A stretch of DNA of 26,626 nucleotides, from the NCBI RefSeq assembly GCF_006345805.1, contig NW_021834741.1, forward strand, positions 1 through 26,626, read 5' to 3'. Shown piece after piece: positions 20,310 to 26,626 of the stretch. The DNA comes from Octopus sinensis. Its lineage: Eukaryota. Positions within the stretch are counted from its first letter, which is position 1, and every line of letters starts with the position of its first letter. Under the pieces are notes generated by a model. The model saw only the letters and a program-made list of their open reading frames with translations, had not been told where the DNA came from and ran no database searches. The position numbers and the translations under genes were made by a program.

Positions 20310-20617
20310 TGTTTGTTTACAGTTTTCCGAACGTTAGTACGTCACAAAAGCGCTTTCTACGTCACACTAATAGAATGCAGTCAAGTTTTACACATGAAAA
20401 CAAACAATCTGATTGGTTAAAATTCGCAGTTTTAATCTACGATTAAAGTCATAAAATAGATTTTTCTCAAATAAACTAGTTCCAACCTGTGTCTTGTTTT
20501 GCTAGACTCTATCAGCATACGAAGTTTCAGATTATTTAGTTAAGTAGAAAGATCTGTGGTCCTGGCTTCAGAATTGAAAAGATCCATCTCTTGTATTACG
20601 ATACCCTAGGTACAATA

Positions 20618-20834
20618 TGAGAGGGTGCTGAAAAGTTCCTAGCTTAAAGGGTATCGCTATAGGCCTGGTTGGAGGTCCAACCTTCTGAGTTCTTTTTCAG
20701 GGCTTAGAAAAACTGAAGGACTGCTGCAATAAGTGTGTGAATCTGAGAAGAGAATATGTTGAATAAAATCATAATTAACTGAAGCTCCTGTATTTTCTTT
20801 TGCCCAAAACAAGGAGCTTTTCAGCACCCCCTCT
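20618..20834 (-). mobile_element. Tc1/mariner-type MITE, intact
   Basis: TIRs tgagagggtgctgaaaagttcct and agcttttcagcaccccctct, with TA on both sides (20616-20617, 20835-20836). Homologous to 2421-3012. Confidence 0.85.
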
Positions 20835-20899
20835 TAGGGATAAATATCAACATGCTTTATATTTTTAAATACTTTACATTAAAGAGTGGAACATAAAAT

Positions 20900-21110
20900 T
20901 TCCTTTAATTCAGACCACTTCATGGTTCCAGCAGACAAATGGAAATGGTGTCGCCCGGAAGATGGCAAGGGAAATACGTTGGAAGAGCAACTCTGACCAA
21001 CTTGCGGATAGCCATCTCCGCCCCGATAGCGGAGGGTCGAGAACGCCGGAGGTCCCAACTGCCACAGGCTCGACCATAAACCTGTCAGAGAGTGACCGAT
21101 ACATTGACAT
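20900..21110 (-). pseudogene. 3'-terminal fragment of a CRE-clade-like non-LTR retrotransposon ORF
   Basis: YRSLSDRFMVEPVAVGTSGVLDP...GRR...LFQRISLAIFR aligns with YRGLNSRYQFLPVAVETSGFLRP of the 7780-8212 fragment and with the terminal QRxSxAxxRGN motif of RLE elements. Truncated by the SINE at 21113. Confidence 0.7.
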
Positions 21111-21112
21111 AA

Positions 21113-21527
21113 GGCGGCGAGCTGGCAGAAGTTAGCACGCCGGGCGAAATGCGTAGCCGTATTCCGTCTGCCGTTACGTTCTGAGTTCAAATTCCACCGA
21201 GGTCGACTTTGCCTTTCATACTTTCAGGGTCAATAAATTAAGTACCATTTATGCACTGGGGTCGATGTAATTGACTTAATCCGTTTGTCTGTCCTTGTTT
21301 GTCCTCTCTGTGTTTAGCCCCTTGTGGGTAGTAAAGAAATAAGAAGTTAGCATACCGGGCGAAATGCGTAGCCGTATTTCGCCGAGGTCGACTTTGCCTT
21401 TTATCCTTTCGGGGTCGATAAATTAAGTACCAGTTAAGCACTGGGGTTGATGTAATCGACTTAATCCCTTTGTCTATCCTTGTTTGTCCCCTCTATGTTT
21501 AGCCCCTTGTAGGCAATAAAGAAATAG
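21113..21527 (+). mobile_element. SINE family C head-to-tail dimer
   Basis: Full unit 21113-21341, then a second unit restarting at agaagttagc (~21342) with an internal deletion before gccgaggtcgac. Confidence 0.88.
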
Positions 21528-21562
21528 ATACTTTGACAAAAGTAATGATGATGATGAAGATG

Positions 21563-21668
21563 ATGAAACTTGGCTTCGACCAGGTTTGAACTCAGAACCT
21601 AAGGAACATGAACAAAATCCGTAAAACCTTTTATCCGGCGCGCAAGCGATTCTACCGATTCACTGTTC
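21563..21668 (-). mobile_element. Degenerate SINE family C head
   Basis: Minus strand cggtagaatcgcttgcgcgccggataaaagg...ggttctgagttcaaa resembles the family C head and box B. Confidence 0.55.
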
Positions 21669-21911
21669 TTATCCAAGGTCAAGTAATTATATATCGCAAT
21701 AAATTTATGTCGCCGAAATTTTGATTAATTAGAAAACACCGAAGTACATCAATTAAGAAATCAAACTTGTTTTCTTTCTTTTCTTTTTTTTCCTGCCGTT
21801 ATCAATTTAGAAATATTCGCAGGCATTATAATTAATTTAAATAAAGAGAATTTTAACGGGGAAGCTTTCACACCAAATCACTTTCAAAATATAGCAGAAT
21901 ACGACGGGAAG

Positions 21912-21919
21912 TACGTACA

Positions 21920-21951
<32 letters not shown>

Positions 21952-22090
21952 CTCATACATACATACATACATACATACGTACGTACATACGTACATACAT
22001 ACATACATACATACATACATACATACATACATACATACATACATACTACGTACATACGTACATACATTCATACATACATACATATATACA
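21912..22090. repeat. (TACA)n microsatellite
   Basis: Direct reading. Confidence 0.95.
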
Positions 22091-22096
22091 TCATAT

Positions 22097-22836
22097 TGTC
22101 ATCAAAAAAGGGGTATAATTAATTACTTGTTAATAAATTCGACCAAGCATATTCGGTATTTAAAGACCATTTACGGTGTATTTGAAGTATTATTTATAAA
22201 AATATGGTAAAGTAAAAAAATTCACTTTACCACACACACCGACTTTTCAGAAATAGCAGCCAAAAATATGGCTATTTCTTCACTGCAAATAAAAGTCTCC
22301 AGACAATACATACTCAGAAAATACTCACATAGGTATAGGGAAAAACAATGAAAGATCACATCCATATACGATCCCGAGGACAGTCTGTTTCTGGATTTGT
22401 GGGTAAAACGCCACTTTTCCTTCATCAGCTCAGGGATTCTTCTTCTGATTTAGATTTGAAAAATACTCGAATCAAACTAACCCGTCCATATCTGTAACAT
22501 CGGACAACCATGCCAGACACCCATACTAGCGAATCCACAAATACGAATGATATCTATTATTCTCCTGTCCACCCACGTGAGTCATAGACATACATTACAT
22601 ATTCTACAGAGTAAAACTGTAGTTTCAAATTCTTGGAGAGAAAAGCATTATATGTCATCAAAAAAGGGGGTAGAATTAATTAATAATTGTTTTATAAATT
22701 CGACCAAGCAGTATTCCGGTATATGTAAAACCATTTCGGTGTATTTGAAGTATTAATTTATAAAAATATGGTAAAGTAAAAAAATTCACTTACCCACACA
22801 CCGAACTTTTCAACCGAATACTGCTTGGTCGAATTT
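22097..22836. mobile_element. Repeat with ~155-bp direct duplication and a 24-bp inverted repeat (probable non-autonomous DNA element)
   Basis: Direct repeat 22097-22249 vs 22653-22812 (period 556). aaattcgaccaagcagtattccggt (22696-22720; variant at 22135-22157) is inverted at 22813-22836 (accgaatactgcttggtcgaattt). Confidence 0.6.
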
Positions 22837-22844
22837 GATATATA

Positions 22845-23470
22845 CATCCTACATATATTCATACATACATGCATACCACATACATACATTACATGTCATA
22901 CATACATAAATACATACACACACACATACATCATACATACGTACGTACATACTACATACATACCTATATACATATATACATTATACATACATACATACAT
23001 ACATACATACATACATAGATATATACATACATAAATATTATTATATATCATACTATATACATACATACATACTTACTACCTACATCATCATCCAAACCTA
23101 CATACATACATATATACACACATAACAACACATAATACGCACACACATACTACATACATACATACATCCACCCTAATACATACATATATAATATATATAT
23201 ATCTATATATATAATCTTACATACATCCATATATACATCCATATATACTATATTACTACATACATAATACATAATCATATATACATACATACATATATAT
23301 ATACATACATACATACATTATACCTACATACATACATACATACATACATACATACATACATACATCATACATACATACATATATACATTATACATATATT
23401 CATACATATGTGTTTGTGAATGTGTGTGCATATATGTATGTTTCTGTGAATTTGTGCGTATGTATGAATA

Positions 23471-23506
<36 letters not shown>

Positions 23507-23748
23507 TGTATGTATGTCATTATTCAATTTTATTTCAAGATTTCTTGCCATGGAGTAGGAACCGGTTTCTAACCTAGATCCAAGGCTCCTTCATTGGAAT
23601 TTCAACATCAACAGCAGAGTATTTTTGTTTGTATGCATGTATGTATGTATGTATGCATGTATGTATGTATGTATGTGTGTATGTATGTATGTATGTATGT
23701 ATGTATGTATGTATGTATGTGTGTGCGTATGTATGTATGTATGTATGT
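22845..23748. repeat. (TACA)n-rich tract followed by its complement (TATG)n
   Basis: TACA-rich 22845-23405; TATG runs 23455-23518 and 23630-23748, interrupted by a ~110-bp unique island. Confidence 0.9.
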
Positions 23749-23948
23749 CATACCACCACCATTCTTTATATCCAATTACGGCATATCATCTCTTATTTAC
23801 CGACTGCAGTCCTACTCATCACAGGCTTCCACACTCAATTCTCTGCTAAAGAACAAAAGTCCGAAACGTTACACTTTTCAGTGATCACCCGAACCAAATT
23901 TATCTACGTTTCTACATTCAACGAATTCTTTTTACTGCAATCATTTGT

Positions 23949-24508
23949 CCTCTCTCTATCTCTCTATCTCTCTCTCTCTTTCTCTTCTCTTTTTCTCTCT
24001 CTTTCTCTTTCCCTCTCTCTCTCGCGCTTTCCCTCTCCCCCTCTATCTGTCTATGTATCCATCTATCTATCACTCTTTGTGTTTATTTTTTTCTCTCTCT
24101 CTCTCAATCTATCTATCTATCTCTCTATCTCTCTATCCCTCTCTATCTCTCTTTCTCTCTTTCTCATTCTCTCTTTCTCTCTTTTTCTCTCTCTCTTTTT
24201 CTCTCTCTCTTTTTCGCTCCTCTCTCTCCCTTCATCCTCTCTCTCTCTCCTTTTTCTCTCTCTCTCTCTTGCCTCTTTCTCTCTTTTTTTCTCTTTCACT
24301 CTCTTTCTCTTTCTCTTTCTCTCTCTCTCGCTTTCTCTCTCCTTCTATCTTTCTATGTATCCATCTATCTATCAATCTATCAATCACTCTATATGTCTAT
24401 CTTTATCTCTCTCTCTCTCTCTCTCTCGCTTCCTCTCTCCTTCTATCTGTCTATGTATCCATCTATCTATCAATCTATCTATTACTCTATATGTTTATTT
24501 CTCTCTCT

Positions 24509-24564
<56 letters not shown>

Positions 24565-24600
24565 ATCTATCTACCTATCTATCTACCTATCTATCTATAT
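23949..24600. repeat. (CT)n/(TCTA)n compound repeat
   Basis: Direct reading; the sub-unit ctatctgtctatgtatccatctatctatca recurs three times (~24043, ~24345, ~24443). Confidence 0.9.
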
Positions 24601-24798
24601 GTGGTGCATGTTTTCTTAAAAAGAGAAACTAGTAAGTTATCTCGCCACCCAATATTTATTCACAAATAAATCCAGATATCACTCGAATCATTTTCGGTTG
24701 TCAGTTCCAGTAAAGAATCGTCCTGAGCTGTCACTGCGCTGCAAAGATAGGCTTCGCACATCTCAAGATTGCTTACAGCTTGTAAGCATCCTTGTGTG

Positions 24799-24807
24799 TG
24801 TATATAC

Positions 24808-24900
<93 letters not shown>

Positions 24901-24924
24901 TACATATATACATATAATACATAC

Positions 24925-24958
<34 letters not shown>

Positions 24959-24972
24959 CACATACACATATA

Positions 24973-25008
<36 letters not shown>

Positions 25009-25177
25009 ATATAATATATATATCTATATTATATATAATATATATCTAATATATATACATATATATATATATATATGCACATATATATAAACATATATAT
25101 ATATACATATTTTATACATGCCCTGTGTGGCTAATAAAGAACATATATATATACATGCATATTGTATGCAATATATA

Positions 25178-25208
<31 letters not shown>

Positions 25209-25310
25209 CTATTATATATGCATATACATGCGTATGCACATATATATGTGCAAATATGTGTGTGCATTATATATATGTGTGTGTGTGTATACATACATTA
25301 TATTCGTATA
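24799..25310. repeat. (TA)n-rich microsatellite
   Basis: Direct reading. Confidence 0.95.
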
Positions 25311-26564
25311 CAGGCTGCGTAAGATATATAAGAACAGATTTATGTTTATAAAATCACAGATACATAATAACAGATAATAACTGTATTTATCAAAACATGT
25401 TATGAGGATAAAAATAAACCTTCATTTCTATAATGTTATGCAATAAAGCCACTTTCAGCTTCAACAAATGCTTCTATATGAGATCTAAATCATCTACATG
25501 CTCGATTTAAGTGGTCCTGGTTCATTTTGGACATTACTCTAAGGCAGCTTATAAAGAATCTTTGGTGTTATGGGCGTGTTCATTGACCTCTCTCTCTCAA
25601 CAACGCTCCACATGTAATAGTCCAATGGAGTGATATCTTGGGAAATAGGAGACCAATTGTTAGAGGTTATGTGGTCATGAAAATTTTCAGCCATCCATTC
25701 CTGTGTTACTAGAGCCATGTGTGATAGTGCAGAGTCTTACTGAAACACATATGGCCTTCCATTGCATACACTGTCTATCCAGAGCTTGACAATTATTTCC
25801 AGGACCTCAATGTAGGTGGCGGAGTTAACTCTAAGGCCTTGTGGAAAGAAGTAAGGAGGCATCACATGTCCTTCATTGCTGACAACCCTTAAAACCATGA
25901 CAGTTGCAGGAAATTTTGTAAGCATAACACTTGGGACTTCAGAAGGGTCTTCACATAACAATCTATCATTTCTTCTGTTAACTTTTTAATCTTGGTCGAA
26001 GTTTTTCTCATTTGAGAAAAACCAAATCAAATCTTCTGCTGGATATTTCAGTTTGTTTAAGAGCCTTTTAGATGTAGTGATTTTCTTTTGCCTTTTCGGA
26101 AAAACTGACCTTTCCTCGTCATATAAGACTTATATCTGATGTCTTCGTGGACAACATTTCTGACTGTTTCTTCTGACACATGGAGATCTTTTTCAATCGA
26201 CTTCATGGAGTTTCTAGGATTGAAATCAATGGCCTGTTGAATTTACTGAATAAATTCAGGTGTTCTGATGATTTCAGAGCGTTTAGAATGCTATTTATGC
26301 TTTGATACTGGTGATACGTTTCCATCTTCAGTTTCTAACTTCTTACAAATTTTGTAGACGAAAGATCTGGCAACTTTTAAAAATCGAGATATTCCTAATC
26401 TCCATGCTCAGCCTTTATAACTACAATAACAGCATTCCTTTTCATTTCCTGAGTAAGCTGAGGACCTGCCATTATTGTTTTCTGAAACAAAGATTATACA
26501 GAGTTAGCAAAAAATGCAGCTGTGACCCAAAAAAGTTACGTCCTCAAATACCATACGCTACCTG
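25311..26564 (-). mobile_element. Full-length defective Tc1/mariner transposon, DD37D (maT) type
   Basis: Degenerate TIRs caggctgcgtaagatatataagaac (25311-) and the reverse complement of 26540-26564 (caggtagcgtatggtatttgaggac), 18/25 identical. TA flanks both sides (25309-25310, 26565-26566). The 1254-bp element encloses a transposase remnant. Confidence 0.85.
25436..26472 (-). pseudogene. DD37D (maT) transposase pseudogene
   Basis: MAGPQLTQEMKRNAVIV...SIEKDLHVSEETVRNVVHEDIRYKSY (HTH region)...WFFSNEKNF (first D mutated to N)...VMVLRVVSNEG...YVFQ*DSALSH...WSPISQDITPLDY (37 residues between the 2nd and 3rd D)...AESGFIA*. Several in-frame stops and frameshifts. Confidence 0.9.
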
Positions 26565-26626
26565 TATAAGGGAGAAGACATTACTATAATGATGGAATAT
26601 TTAAATGATAATATATAGGCGCAGGT

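Larger units (their letters stand above)
19111..20585. mobile_element. Non-autonomous TIR DNA transposon (Merlin-like), same family group as 826-1873
   Basis: Left TIR ggatcttttctattctgaagccag (19111-19134) and right TIR ctggcttcagaattgaaaagatcc (20562-20585) are 23/24 complementary. An identical 8-bp TSD ATCTCTTG lies at 19103-19110 and 20586-20593. The 26-bp subterminal motif at 19171-19196 is the exact reverse complement of 1789-1814. Confidence 0.88.

Noticed and set aside
23629-24669. 346-aa and 224-aa ORFs
   Set aside because: Translations of TATG, CT and TCTA repeats.
26618-26626. ggcgcaggt at the window end, possibly the start of another family-B SINE
   Set aside because: Only 9 bp are visible; cannot be supported without the next window.

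Overview
Eukaryotic, AT-rich, microsatellite-saturated DNA. It looks like an intronic or intergenic region of a coleoid cephalopod, probably Octopus; this is inferred from the repeat families and simple-repeat load and was not verified by search. No host protein-coding gene can be supported, and almost all long ORFs in the track are translations of microsatellites. The window is a mosaic of transposable elements. (1) Two non-autonomous DNA transposons of one family with GGATCTTTTC termini and perfect 8-bp TSDs (826-1873 and 19111-20585; Merlin-like by inference), each carrying unusual cargo. The first has a triplicated left end with captured foreign flank and TTAGGG-like repeats. The second has a ~640-bp spacer-less palindrome. 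(2) A full-length but dead DD37D/maT transposon (25311-26564). (3) Two mariner-type MITEs, one split by a non-autonomous Helitron. (4) A 325-bp fold-back hairpin element. (5) At least four tRNA-derived SINE families, including head-to-tail multimers. (6) Decayed restriction-like-endonuclease fragments of CRE-like and R4/Dong-like non-LTR retrotransposons. All alignments and counts were done by eye, so coordinates of diffuse repeats are approximate.
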